The notes under the pieces were generated by a model. The model was not told the origin of the DNA, did no database searches, and saw only the letters and a list, made by a program, of their open reading frames with translations. The position numbers were made by a program, and so were the translations under genes. Of a DNA stretch of 59,035 bases, positions 1 to 8,362 are shown piece by piece. Source of the stretch: Chlorobiota bacterium (GTDB taxonomy: Bacteria; Bacteroidota; Bacteroidia; Bacteroidales; Prolixibacteraceae); contig JAADGO010000079.1 of the NCBI GenBank assembly GCA_013152355.1, positions 1 to 59,035 of the forward strand, read 5' to 3'. Each line of letters begins with the position of its first letter. The stretch's first letter is position 1.

Positions 1-1336
1 TCATTATTTCTTCGTACTCTGCGTGGAGTTTTTCCTGTTCAAGCCCTGTCAACTGCCTTAAGCGCATCTCTACGATAGCCTTTGCCTGTATCTCGCTTAG
101 TTCAAACCGCTCAATAAGCCTGCCCCTTGCTTCGTCAGGCGTTTTCGATGAACGTATAATTGCAATTACCTCATCAATATTGTCGCTGGCAATAATAAGG
201 CCTTCAAGGATATGTGCCCTTTTTTCTGCTTGTTCCAGTTCGTATTTGGTACGCCTGACAACCACTTCATGCCTGTGTTTCACAAAGTACACAATTAGGT
301 CCTTGAGGTTAAGCATTTTAGGGCGGCCATTTACAAGGGCGATATTATTTACATTGAAAGTAGTTTGTAGTGCAGTATATTTATAGAGTTTATTCAAAAC
401 TACATTACTCATTGCATCCCTTTTCAGGTCGTAAACAACCCGCATGCCATCCCTGTCGGATTCATCGTTTACATTCGATATTCCTTCTATTTTCTTTTCG
501 TTGATAAGGAAGGCTGTTTTTTGGATCATTTCGGCCCTGTTGACCAAATAAGGTATCTCCGTTATAACAATTTTTTCCCTGTTGCCATCATTTTCAATGT
601 GTACTTTCCCGCGAAGCACAATCCTCCCTTTACCGGTTTCAAAGGCATCTTTTACACCCTGGTACCCATAAATAATCCCCCCTGTTGGGAAATCAGGGGC
701 AATAATTATATTGCTTAATTCCTCAATAGTGATTTCGTTATTGTCAATATAAGCTATTATTGCATCAATTGCATCCGACAAATTATGAGGCGCCATGTTG
801 GTAGCCATCCCCACGGCAATCCCTGATGCCCCGTTTATTAACAAGTTTGGGATACGTGTGGGTAAAACTGTCGGCTCATTCAACGACTCATCAAAATTGG
901 GCTGGAAATCTACCGTATTCTTATCAAGGTCGGACAGGGTAAGCTCTGCAATTTTTGTTAACCGGGCTTCCGTATAACGCATAGCTGCCGGGCTGTCACC
1001 GTCAACAGACCCGTAATTCCCCTGCCCGTCTACCAAAGGGTATCTTAACGACCAGTTTTGTGCCATTCTGACCATGGTAAAATAGACGGACGAATCGCCA
1101 TGGGGGTGGTACTTACCAAGTACTTCTCCCACAATCCTTGCCGACTTTTTATAAGAGCGGTTAGAAGACACCCCTAATTCGCTCATACCGTATAATACCC
1201 TGCGGTGTACAGGCTTCAATCCATCTCTTACATCTGGCAATGCCCTTGACACAATTACTGACATTGAATAATCAATGTAAGCAGTTTTCATCTGCTCTTC
1301 AATATTGATCCTGATAATTTTTTCACCTTCAGTCAT
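1..1336 (-). CDS. gyrA: DNA gyrase subunit A, first ~445 codons (3' end runs off the window edge)
   Basis: Absent from the ORF track because it stays open to the window edge. Manual reverse-strand translation from the ATG at 1336-1334 gives [51 protein letters not shown]...[12 protein letters not shown]...[21 protein letters not shown] (catalytic Tyr motif). The frame is still open at base 2 (...[21 protein letters not shown]). GLKPVHRR rather than GLKPVQRR favours GyrA over ParC. Confidence 0.9.
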   Translation of the reverse strand, partial: MTEGEKIIRINIEEQMKTAYIDYSMSVIVSRALPDVRDGLKPVHRRVLYGMSELGVSSNRSYKKSARIVGEVLGKYHPHGDSSVYFTMVRMAQNWSLRYPLVDGQGNYGSVDGDSPAAMRYTEARLTKIAELTLSDLDKNTVDFQPNFDESLNEPTVLPTRIPNLLINGASGIAVGMATNMAPHNLSDAIDAIIAYIDNNEITIEELSNIIIAPDFPTGGIIYGYQGVKDAFETGKGRIVLRGKVHIENDGNREKIVITEIPYLVNRAEMIQKTAFLINEKKIEGISNVNDESDRDGMRVVYDLKRDAMSNVVLNKLYKYTALQTTFNVNNIALVNGRPKMLNLKDLIVYFVKHRHEVVVRRTKYELEQAEKRAHILEGLIIASDNIDEVIAIIRSSKTPDEARGRLIERFELSEIQAKAIVEMRLRQLTGLEQEKLHAEYEEIM

Positions 1337-1374
1337 TTATATCTCCTTTCAATCATAAATATTTTCAATTTAAC

Positions 1375-1387
1375 TTTAAACAACTTT
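1375..1387 (-). repeat. Near copy (12/13) of the dispersed intergenic 13-mer; top strand TTTAAACAACTTt
   Basis: Read directly in the gyrA-clpC divergent intergenic region. Confidence 0.5.
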
Positions 1388-1625
1388 ATATTCAAAGACC
1401 TACAAAAATAGTAAAATACTCAATTATATTACTATAATTATGAGGTGTTTGTGTGTCGTAATTCCAGAAAATATCAACATATTAACTGACATTATTGCAG
1501 AAAAAAACAGTATGTTTAATAACTTCTTCCGAAATTTAGAAATAGCCTTTTATTTTTTACGTATTTTAGTGTTTTAACTTTTAGGAATAATATTTGTTAT
1601 TTGATAAGAAAATAATTAAAACAAT

Positions 1626-4172
1626 ATGGAATCTCAATTTTCACCAAGGATAAAAGATATAATAGCGTATAGCCGAGAAGAAGCTATAAGGCTTGGAAAC
1701 GACCACATTGGACCGGAGCATTTATTCTTAGGGATACTTAGAGACGGAGAAGGGATTGCTACGGATATCCTGGAAGCCCTGGGGATAAACCTGGGTGCTT
1801 TTAAAGTAGAATTGGAAAATAAGATACGGACGGACAAAGAAATTGCCCCACGGGCCGAATTGCATTTGTTAAAATCTACTGAAAAAGCATTGAAAATAAT
1901 TTACCTTGAGGCAAGGGCTTTTAAAAGTGCTACGGCCAACAGCGGGCACCTGCTGTTATCTATCCTAAAAGATAATGAATGCCTGGTTACGCACATGCTC
2001 AACGATTATGGGGTAAACTATTACATCGTGAAGTCGCAACTCCAGGATTACAAACACATTGAGGCTAAATCGGATTTCCCCGAGCAGGATGACGATGACC
2101 CTGAAGATTCATTTACCGGAAGCCATGGCACATCGTCATCAGGCAAGGTGTCTGCAGGAAAATCTGAAACGCCGGTATTGGATAACTTTGGCATGGATAT
2201 AACCAAGCTGGCGGAGGAAAATAGCCTGGACCCGATTGTTGGCAGGGAAAAAGAAATTGAACGCCTGGCACAAATTTTAAGCCGGAGGAAAAAGAATAAC
2301 CCTATATTGATAGGCGAACCGGGAGTAGGTAAATCGGCTATTGCCGAGGGGTTGGCTTTGCGTATAGTCCATAAAAAGGTATCGCGTATTTTGTTTGACA
2401 AACGGGTGATCAGCCTTGATATAGCATCAATTGTTGCCGGCACAAAATACAGAGGGCAATTTGAAGAGCGCATGAAAGCTATCCTGAATGAATTGTCGAA
2501 GGTTTCTAATGTTATCCTCTTCATTGACGAGATACATACGATAGTTGGCGCCGGAGGTGCTACCGGCTCGCTTGATGCTGCCAATATGCTGAAGCCTGCC
2601 CTGGCAAGAGGTGAAATACAGTGCATTGGGGCTACTACCCTTGATGAATACAGGCAGCATATTGAGAAGGATGGGGCATTGGAGCGCCGCTTCCAGAAAA
2701 TAATGATCGAACCAACTTCAATAGAGGAAACAATTGAAATCCTCAATAATATAAAAATACGTTACGAAGACCACCATAACGTTGCCTATACCAAAAAGGC
2801 AATTGAAGGGTGCGTAAAACTTACAAGCCGCTACATTACCGACCGTTATTTACCCGATAAAGCCATAGATGCACTTGACGAAGCCGGTTCCAGGGTACAT
2901 ATATCAAATATTAATGTCCCGGAAAAAATTGTCGAACTCGAAGAAAAAATTGAAGCTACCAAAGTAAAAAAGATAGCTGCAGTTAAAAGCCAGAATTTTG
3001 AATTGGCGGCAAATTTCCGCGACAAAGAGAAAAACCTCCTGGTGCTCCTCGACAAAGAAAAAGAAGAATGGGAAAAAGAACTGATAAACCACCGCGAAAC
3101 TGTTGACGAGCATAAAGTTGCTGAGGTAGTTGCCATGATGTCGGGTGTCCCGGTACAGCGGATTGCACAAGCTGAAGGCAAACGCCTGATGAATATGAAG
3201 GACGACCTCAGAGGCAAGGTTATCGGACAGGACGAGGCTATTCAAAAAATCGTGAAAGCCATCCAACGTAACCGGGCCGGGTTGAAAGACCCGAACCGCC
3301 CTATCGGCTCATTTATCTTCCTGGGCCCGACAGGTGTTGGGAAAACACAGCTTGCCAAAGTACTTGCCACCTACCTGTTCGACAGCGTAGACTCATTGAT
3401 CAGGATTGATATGAGCGAGTATATGGAGAAATTTTCTGTTTCAAGGCTTGTTGGGGCTCCTCCCGGATATGTTGGGTACGAAGAAGGCGGGCAATTGACA
3501 GAAAAAGTACGCCGGAAACCATATTGCGTTGTATTGCTTGATGAAATTGAAAAAGCCCATCCCGACATGTTCCACTTGCTGCTGCAATTGTTAGACGAAG
3601 GAAGGCTTACGGATAGCCTGGGAAGGAAGATCGATTTTAAAAATACAATCATCATTATGACTTCCAATATCGGAACACGCCAATTGAAAGACTTTGGAAG
3701 AGGCGTAGGTTTCTCAACCGGAAAGCATGAGGATGATAATGAACATGCAAAATATGTTATCCAGAAGGCCCTGAAAAAGGCGTTTGCCCCTGAATTTTTA
3801 AATAGGATTGATGATGTTGTTATGTTTAATGCCCTAAGTAAGAGCGATATATATAAGATTATTGATATTGAAATAAAAGATTTGTACGACAGGGTTGAAG
3901 CATTGAATTATAAATTAAAAATATCAACTGCCGCCAAAGATTTTATTTCAGAAAAAGGGTACGACCCGCAATTTGGGGCACGCCCGTTAAAAAGGGCTAT
4001 TCAGAAATACCTGGAAGACGAAATGGCAGAGATAATAATAAATGCTTCAATAACTGAAGGCGATACAATTTCGGTCGGGCTCGATAAAAAATCTGAGAAG
4101 TTACGTATCCGGATACTTTCTTCCAAAACAAATAAACAGGTAAAGGAAAGTAACAGGAAGGAAAAAATATAA
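1626..4172 (+). CDS. clpC: ATP-dependent Clp protease ATP-binding subunit ClpC (class I Clp/Hsp100, two AAA+ modules)
   Basis: 848-aa ORF with a Clp_N repeat (IGPEHLFLGILRDGEGIA), Walker A motifs GEPGVGKSAI and GPTGVGKTQLAK, and a short UVR-like linker (QNFELAANFRDKEKNL) rather than the long ClpB coiled coil. Confidence 0.9.
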   Translation: MESQFSPRIKDIIAYSREEAIRLGNDHIGPEHLFLGILRDGEGIATDILEALGINLGAFKVELENKIRTDKEIAPRAELHLLKSTEKALKIIYLEARAFKSATANSGHLLLSILKDNECLVTHMLNDYGVNYYIVKSQLQDYKHIEAKSDFPEQDDDDPEDSFTGSHGTSSSGKVSAGKSETPVLDNFGMDITKLAEENSLDPIVGREKEIERLAQILSRRKKNNPILIGEPGVGKSAIAEGLALRIVHKKVSRILFDKRVISLDIASIVAGTKYRGQFEERMKAILNELSKVSNVILFIDEIHTIVGAGGATGSLDAANMLKPALARGEIQCIGATTLDEYRQHIEKDGALERRFQKIMIEPTSIEETIEILNNIKIRYEDHHNVAYTKKAIEGCVKLTSRYITDRYLPDKAIDALDEAGSRVHISNINVPEKIVELEEKIEATKVKKIAAVKSQNFELAANFRDKEKNLLVLLDKEKEEWEKELINHRETVDEHKVAEVVAMMSGVPVQRIAQAEGKRLMNMKDDLRGKVIGQDEAIQKIVKAIQRNRAGLKDPNRPIGSFIFLGPTGVGKTQLAKVLATYLFDSVDSLIRIDMSEYMEKFSVSRLVGAPPGYVGYEEGGQLTEKVRRKPYCVVLLDEIEKAHPDMFHLLLQLLDEGRLTDSLGRKIDFKNTIIIMTSNIGTRQLKDFGRGVGFSTGKHEDDNEHAKYVIQKALKKAFAPEFLNRIDDVVMFNALSKSDIYKIIDIEIKDLYDRVEALNYKLKISTAAKDFISEKGYDPQFGARPLKRAIQKYLEDEMAEIIINASITEGDTISVGLDKKSEKLRIRILSSKTNKQVKESNRKEKI

Positions 4173-4179
4173 CAGGAAG

Positions 4180-4206
4180 GGCCACTTTATAAGTGGCCTT
4201 TTTTAT
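4180..4206 (+). terminator. Rho-independent terminator after clpC
   Basis: Stem GGCCACTT (4180-4187), loop TAT, stem AAGTGGCC (4191-4198), then a T run (4199-4204). It starts 8 nt after the clpC stop. Confidence 0.8.
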
Positions 4207-4208
4207 TT

Positions 4209-4221
4209 GAAGTTGTTTAAA
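4209..4221 (+). repeat. Dispersed intergenic 13-mer GAAGTTGTTTAAA (exact)
   Basis: Exact 13-mer between the convergent clpC and ftsY 3' ends, directly after the terminator hairpin. Confidence 0.8.
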
Positions 4222-4235
4222 TTTAAATTGGGATT

Positions 4236-5186
4236 CTACGAAAACAATGATTCTACAAATTCCTTCCTTCGGAATATTTGCAGGTCTTCTAATTTTTCGC
4301 CAATCCCAATGTATTTCACCGGAATTTTAAATTGGTCTGAAATACCTATCACAACACCGCCTTTGGCAGTACCATCAAGTTTTGTAAGTGCAAGCGCAGT
4401 AACATCGGTAGCTTTTGTAAAGTGTTTGGCTTGTTCAAAAGCATTTTGCCCGGTCGAGCCGTCCAGGATCAACAATACCTCATGGGGCGCATCAGGTATA
4501 ACCTTTTTCATCACCGATTTTATTTTCGTCAGCTCATTCATCAGGTTGACTTTATTATGCAACCGCCCGGCAGTGTCGATTATTACCACATCTGCCCCGT
4601 TTGATTTTGCCGAGGATAGTGCATCATAAGCAACAGATGCCGGGTCGGCTCCCATTTTTTGTTTGATAATGGGCACCCCTACCCTATCAGCCCATATTTG
4701 CAACTGGTCGATTGCCGCGGCCCTGAAGGTATCGGATGCCCCTAAAACAACTTTCTTCCCTGCCTCCTTAAAATTGTAGGCTAGTTTCCCAATAGTAGTG
4801 GTCTTTCCAACACCATTGACGCCTACAACCATTATAACATAAGGCTCACCTGTTTCAGGGAATTCAAACCCTGAGGCATCTTCAGCGTTATTCTCTTTGA
4901 GTAAAGCTGCTATCTCATCTTTTAGTATCCCTTTCAATTCATTAATACCCAGGTATTTATCTTGTGATACCCTTTTCTCAATACGTTCGATTATCCTGAG
5001 GGTCGTGTCAACGCCAACGTCAGATGAAATCAATACTTCCTCCAGGTTATCAAGTACTTCATCGTCAACTTTCGATTTCCCAACAACGGCACGGCTGAGC
5101 TTTTTAAAAACACTCTCCTTTGTTTTAGACAACCCCATATCGAGGCTTTCCTTCTTGTTTTTGGTGAAATTTCCGAATAAACCCAT
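4236..5186 (-). CDS. ftsY: Signal recognition particle receptor FtsY
   Basis: 316-aa ORF with SRP-GTPase motifs GVNGVGKTTTIGKLA, DTAGRLHNK and TKLDGTAKGG. Confidence 0.9.
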   Translation of the reverse strand: MGLFGNFTKNKKESLDMGLSKTKESVFKKLSRAVVGKSKVDDEVLDNLEEVLISSDVGVDTTLRIIERIEKRVSQDKYLGINELKGILKDEIAALLKENNAEDASGFEFPETGEPYVIMVVGVNGVGKTTTIGKLAYNFKEAGKKVVLGASDTFRAAAIDQLQIWADRVGVPIIKQKMGADPASVAYDALSSAKSNGADVVIIDTAGRLHNKVNLMNELTKIKSVMKKVIPDAPHEVLLILDGSTGQNAFEQAKHFTKATDVTALALTKLDGTAKGGVVIGISDQFKIPVKYIGIGEKLEDLQIFRRKEFVESLFS

Positions 5187-5250
5187 AATTTACTGAATAG
5201 CAGGATATAAAATTATAATTTTTCTCCTTTATGTTTGTATTTTGCTATTG

Positions 5251-5284
5251 AAAAAAAAAAGCCTTCATCAAACGATGAAAGCTT
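5251..5284 (-). terminator. Rho-independent terminator of the rpmB-rpmG-DUF4295 operon
   Basis: The minus-strand RNA reads AAGCUUUCAUC-GUUU-GAUGAAGGCUU followed by 10 U (top-strand A10 at 5251-5260). This is an 11-bp stem with one G-U pair. Confidence 0.8.
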
Positions 5285-5308
5285 TCTTGAATAGACCGTA
5301 CGTTCTTA

Positions 5309-5461
5309 TTATTTTTGAAAATAATTTTTTACTTCATCATTTGGAATAATATCCTCTTTAAAAGAATAAGCACCGGTTTTTGGCGACTTTATCATTTTAA
5401 TCACTTTTGCAAAACCTTTACCAGCACCTTTTTGTAATGTCGCAACTGCTTTCTTTGCCAT
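5309..5461 (-). CDS. Small DUF4295-type protein (50 aa), third gene of the L28-L33 operon
   Basis: Below the 60-aa cutoff of the ORF track. Manual translation gives MAKKAVATLQKGAGKGFAKVIKMIKSPKTGAYSFKEDIIPNDEVKNYFQK*. It lies 10 nt downstream of rpmG, the arrangement typical of Bacteroidota. Confidence 0.7.
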   Translation of the reverse strand: MAKKAVATLQKGAGKGFAKVIKMIKSPKTGAYSFKEDIIPNDEVKNYFQK

Positions 5462-5471
5462 AACTAAAAAA

Positions 5472-5654
5472 TTATTTAATTTCTTTATGAACTGTGACCT
5501 TTTTCAGAATTGGATTATATTTTTTCAATTCCATGCGGTCGGGTGTATTTTTCCTGTTTTTAGTCGAAATATATCTTGATGTCCCCGGCATACCACTGTT
5601 TTTATGCTCTGTGCATTCTAGGATTACCTGGACCCTGTTACCTTTCTTAGCCAT
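5472..5654 (-). CDS. rpmG: 50S ribosomal protein L33
   Basis: 60-aa [24 protein letters not shown]...[21 protein letters not shown], a typical L33. Confidence 0.95.
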   Translation of the reverse strand: MAKKGNRVQVILECTEHKNSGMPGTSRYISTKNRKNTPDRMELKKYNPILKKVTVHKEIK

Positions 5655-5666
5655 CGTTTACGATAT

Positions 5667-5909
5667 TTAATATTTATCAATATACCCTTTTCCCTTTGCG
5701 TTAGCAAGTGCCGTTTTGATCCCGTTTTTAGTTATAGTACGGATCCCGGCAGCCGATACTACCAGTGAAACCCAACGGTCTTCTTCCGGCAAATAAAATT
5801 TCTTTTTGAACAGGTTTACTTCAAACCTTCTTTTGGTCCGCCTTTTTGAATGGGATACATTGTTTCCCACCATAGCCTTTTTCCCTGTTATCTGACAAAT
5901 TCTTGACAT
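5667..5909 (-). CDS. rpmB: 50S ribosomal protein L28
   Basis: 80-aa [36 protein letters not shown], a typical L28. Confidence 0.95.
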   Translation of the reverse strand: MSRICQITGKKAMVGNNVSHSKRRTKRRFEVNLFKKKFYLPEEDRWVSLVVSAAGIRTITKNGIKTALANAKGKGYIDKY

Positions 5910-6063
5910 CTTTCGTAAAATTTCTTTTTCAATAAATTACATGTTCTCAAAACGGTTTGCAAAATAAGTACATTTTTACTAATATATCAAGTAGTTGTAT
6001 GAATTTTTTATGGAAGTTTAAACAAACAGGTGTTAATAACATAAATTCCCCAAGCCTGAAACT

Positions 6064-6076
6064 GAAGTTGTTTAAA
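6064..6076 (+). repeat. Dispersed intergenic 13-mer GAAGTTGTTTAAA (exact)
   Basis: Exact copy in the rpmB/TetR divergent intergenic region, about 35 nt upstream of the putative TetR -33 box. Confidence 0.8.
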
Positions 6077-6111
6077 TTTCAAAGGGTATTTACTGCAAAA
6101 ATGAAAAAAAG

Positions 6112-6142
6112 TTTGACATTACTAAGTAATTGCTTAGATTTG
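6112..6142 (+). promoter_or_regulatory. Candidate Bacteroidota sigma-A promoter for the TetR gene (-33 TTTG, -7 TAgaTTTG)
   Basis: TTTG at 6112-6115 and TAGATTTG at 6135-6142, with a 19-nt spacer. The ATG lies at 6157. Confidence 0.45.
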
Positions 6143-6156
6143 TGCAAAATGTATTT

Positions 6157-6723
6157 ATGCCGAGGAATAAAGCATATAGCGAAGACATGGTACTAGAGAA
6201 AGCCATGCATGTTTTTTGGGGGAAAGGTTATGAAGCTACTTCTCTGCGCCTGCTGGAAAAAGAAATGGGTATTAACCAGTTTTCCATATATTCTTCATTT
6301 ACGAATAAAAAAAATTTGTTTCTTGAGTCGATCAGGAAATACCGTGAATATGTGAGCCAGAATGTGTATCAAAGTTTGTTGAAAGAAGATGCCGGGCTAG
6401 CTGAGTTGAAAGCTTTTTTAATGGAAAAGCGGAAAAATATAAATCTTAGGGGGTGCCTTGTTGTAAATACGGCTGCAGAGGTTGGAGCCAGGGATCAGTC
6501 AATAGCCAAAGAAGTAAACCTGTATTATGACTTTATCAGGGATATGCTGAAAAATGTTTTGCTAAATGCAAAAAAGAAAGGGGAAATCTCCCCGGATGTT
6601 GATGTTGAAGCGTATGCCAACTTTTTCCTGGGGGTTATGCAGGGGCTTTCGATAGCAGCAAAAACACTTGACGAAAGCCAAATAAAAGACTTTATATCAA
6701 TTGCATTAATGAAGGTCAAATAA
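6157..6723 (+). CDS. TetR/AcrR family transcriptional regulator
   Basis: N-terminal HTH (MVLEKAMHVFWGKGYEATSLRLLEKEMGINQFSIYSSFTNKKNLF). The ATG at 6157 is preferred over the TTG at 6130 given in the track, because the TTG lies inside the predicted promoter. Confidence 0.85.
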   Translation: MPRNKAYSEDMVLEKAMHVFWGKGYEATSLRLLEKEMGINQFSIYSSFTNKKNLFLESIRKYREYVSQNVYQSLLKEDAGLAELKAFLMEKRKNINLRGCLVVNTAAEVGARDQSIAKEVNLYYDFIRDMLKNVLLNAKKKGEISPDVDVEAYANFFLGVMQGLSIAAKTLDESQIKDFISIALMKVK

Positions 6724-6798
6724 TTTTTTTGAATGAATACTAAACGAACGCTTTGAATTAATACAATACATAAATAAACGCTGATTAAAATCAAAAAA

Positions 6799-7227
6799 AT
6801 GAAAACAAAATTATTATTGGCACTTGTTGCCGGTTTATTCTTTTTTAATCCTTCGAAAATTATGGCACAACCCGGAAATTCTGAAAGCAACCCTGACAAA
6901 CTCGTGGTACTATGGACAAGTGGCGACCCTTATGTTGCAGAACGGGTTGCCCTGATGTACACCCATGCAGCCAAAACAGCCCATTGGTTTAGCAATGTAA
7001 CCCTCATTATCTGGGGGCCTTCGGCAAAACTGGTTGCCGAAAACATTAAAATACAGGAAAAGGTAAAACAAATGCAAAACGATGGGGTGGTAATTGAAGC
7101 CTGTGTAGTTTGCGCCAATTCTTATGGGATTGCCGATAACCTGAGAGAACTCGGGTTCGATGTTAGAGGCATGGGTAAGCCACTGACTGATTACCTGAAA
7201 AGCGGTGCAAAAGTTTTAACTTTTTGA
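6799..7227 (+). CDS. DsrE/DsrF-like family protein with an N-terminal signal peptide
   Basis: 142-aa ORF. It has a signal-like N-terminus (MKTKLLLALVAGLFFFNPSKIMAQ) followed by a DsrE-like core (VVLWTSGDP...LIIWGPS...EACVVCANSYG). Confidence 0.6.
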   Translation: MKTKLLLALVAGLFFFNPSKIMAQPGNSESNPDKLVVLWTSGDPYVAERVALMYTHAAKTAHWFSNVTLIIWGPSAKLVAENIKIQEKVKQMQNDGVVIEACVVCANSYGIADNLRELGFDVRGMGKPLTDYLKSGAKVLTF

Positions 7228-8109
7228 GGCTTCTTGCAACAGGCTTTTATAATAGCTATTCAGCCAGCTGCTGCCGGAGAGGTACCCTAATTTTTCAAGG
7301 AAAAGCTCTGTTTTACGCAGAGTTTTTTTAAAATACTTTGGGTTTTTATTAAAATTAAAAAATCCATGCACCTGGTTTTTATAACCCACCAATTTGCATT
7401 TATTGCCGAATTGTTTCATAATGCTTTTAAACCGTACAACATTTTCATACGGAACTGTTGTATCGTCCTTGCCATGCATAATTAAAGTAGGCGGAATGCC
7501 CTTTTTAATGTGGTGGACAGGGGATATCTCGAACTCACGGCCCTTAAGTTTTTCTTGCCCATAGCCCCTTTTCCCTGTATCTACAACCGGGTTAAACAGT
7601 ATTAGGGCATTAGGTACCGGAGAAACAGCCATATTGTCGCTACTTTCGTTAACCGTTTCAATAGTGGCAGTACAAGCCGCCAGGTGCCCCCCGGCCGAAC
7701 CTCCGGCTGCAACTATTTTATTTTTATCGACACCCAGCTCATTTGCATTTTCCCTGATATAACGCATGGCCGAGTTCGCATCTTTTACGCATTCAAACGG
7801 CGATGTATTATGCCTGCTTTTAACACGGTAGTCAACGCAAAAAGCAACCATACCCCTTGATGCTAAATACCTTGCCTGCAATTCGAAATGTTTGATGGTG
7901 CCACGTACCCAGCCTCCCCCAAAGAAAAAAACAATAGCCGGCAATTTAGCATTGCCTTGAAACGAAGGGCGGTAAACCTCCATCGTCAACTTAACCGTAT
8001 CAACTTGTTTATATACAAATGATTGGGTCTCCACTTCATAATGCTGGGCACTAACTCTTGTAAATAAGGCAATGAATGCCAATAATAAAAGCACCTGTGT
8101 CTTTCTCAT
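7216..8109 (-). CDS. Secreted alpha/beta-hydrolase (esterase/lipase, fold-3 type)
   Basis: Signal peptide, oxyanion-hole-like FFFGGGW and nucleophile elbow GGSAGGHLA (GxSxG). A distal HG is present in the C-terminal part. Confidence 0.8.
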   Translation of the reverse strand: MRKTQVLLLLAFIALFTRVSAQHYEVETQSFVYKQVDTVKLTMEVYRPSFQGNAKLPAIVFFFGGGWVRGTIKHFELQARYLASRGMVAFCVDYRVKSRHNTSPFECVKDANSAMRYIRENANELGVDKNKIVAAGGSAGGHLAACTATIETVNESSDNMAVSPVPNALILFNPVVDTGKRGYGQEKLKGREFEISPVHHIKKGIPPTLIMHGKDDTTVPYENVVRFKSIMKQFGNKCKLVGYKNQVHGFFNFNKNPKYFKKTLRKTELFLEKLGYLSGSSWLNSYYKSLLQEASKS

Positions 8110-8362
8110 TGTAACTCGCTGTTAGTCTATAGTTTAATTATCAGGTGGCATAAATAACCACGCCCTAAAAATAGTAAATTATAATTTATTACCCCATTAA
8201 TATCAACCAACCATCAATTCAGAGGCTGTTTTATTTTGAAGCTGTTAAAAAAATATTGCAGGTGCAAATGTGTTTGTAATAAAATATGTGTAATCAGCAC
8301 CAACAGCCATTATTTTCACAAGGAGTTACTATATTTACTCCGCAAAATTAAAAACGCAGATT

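Noticed and set aside
180-977. Plus-strand ORFs 180-386, 521-718 and 795-977 from the track
   Set aside because: They lie antisense inside the clearly recognisable gyrA reading frame (minus strand, 1-1336). Their sequences are low-complexity with no motifs, so they are shadow ORFs.
1634-4185. Minus-strand ORFs inside clpC (for example 2048-2746 at 232 aa, 2846-3217 and 2904-3266)
   Set aside because: They are antisense to a strongly conserved AAA+ gene. The translations are Ser/Ile/Phe-rich shadow sequences with no recognisable domains.
5251-5260. The A10 homopolymer as a possible slippage or phase-variation tract
   Set aside because: It is intergenic and forms the U tail of a strong minus-strand terminator hairpin after the ribosomal-protein operon. 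The terminator explains the tract.
5957-6196. The 79-aa ORF in the rpmB/TetR intergenic region, and the TTG start at 6130 for the TetR gene
   Set aside because: The ORF spans the predicted promoter and the repeat motif and shows no homology signal. The ATG at 6157 gives a canonical TetR N-terminus just downstream of a TAnnTTTG box.
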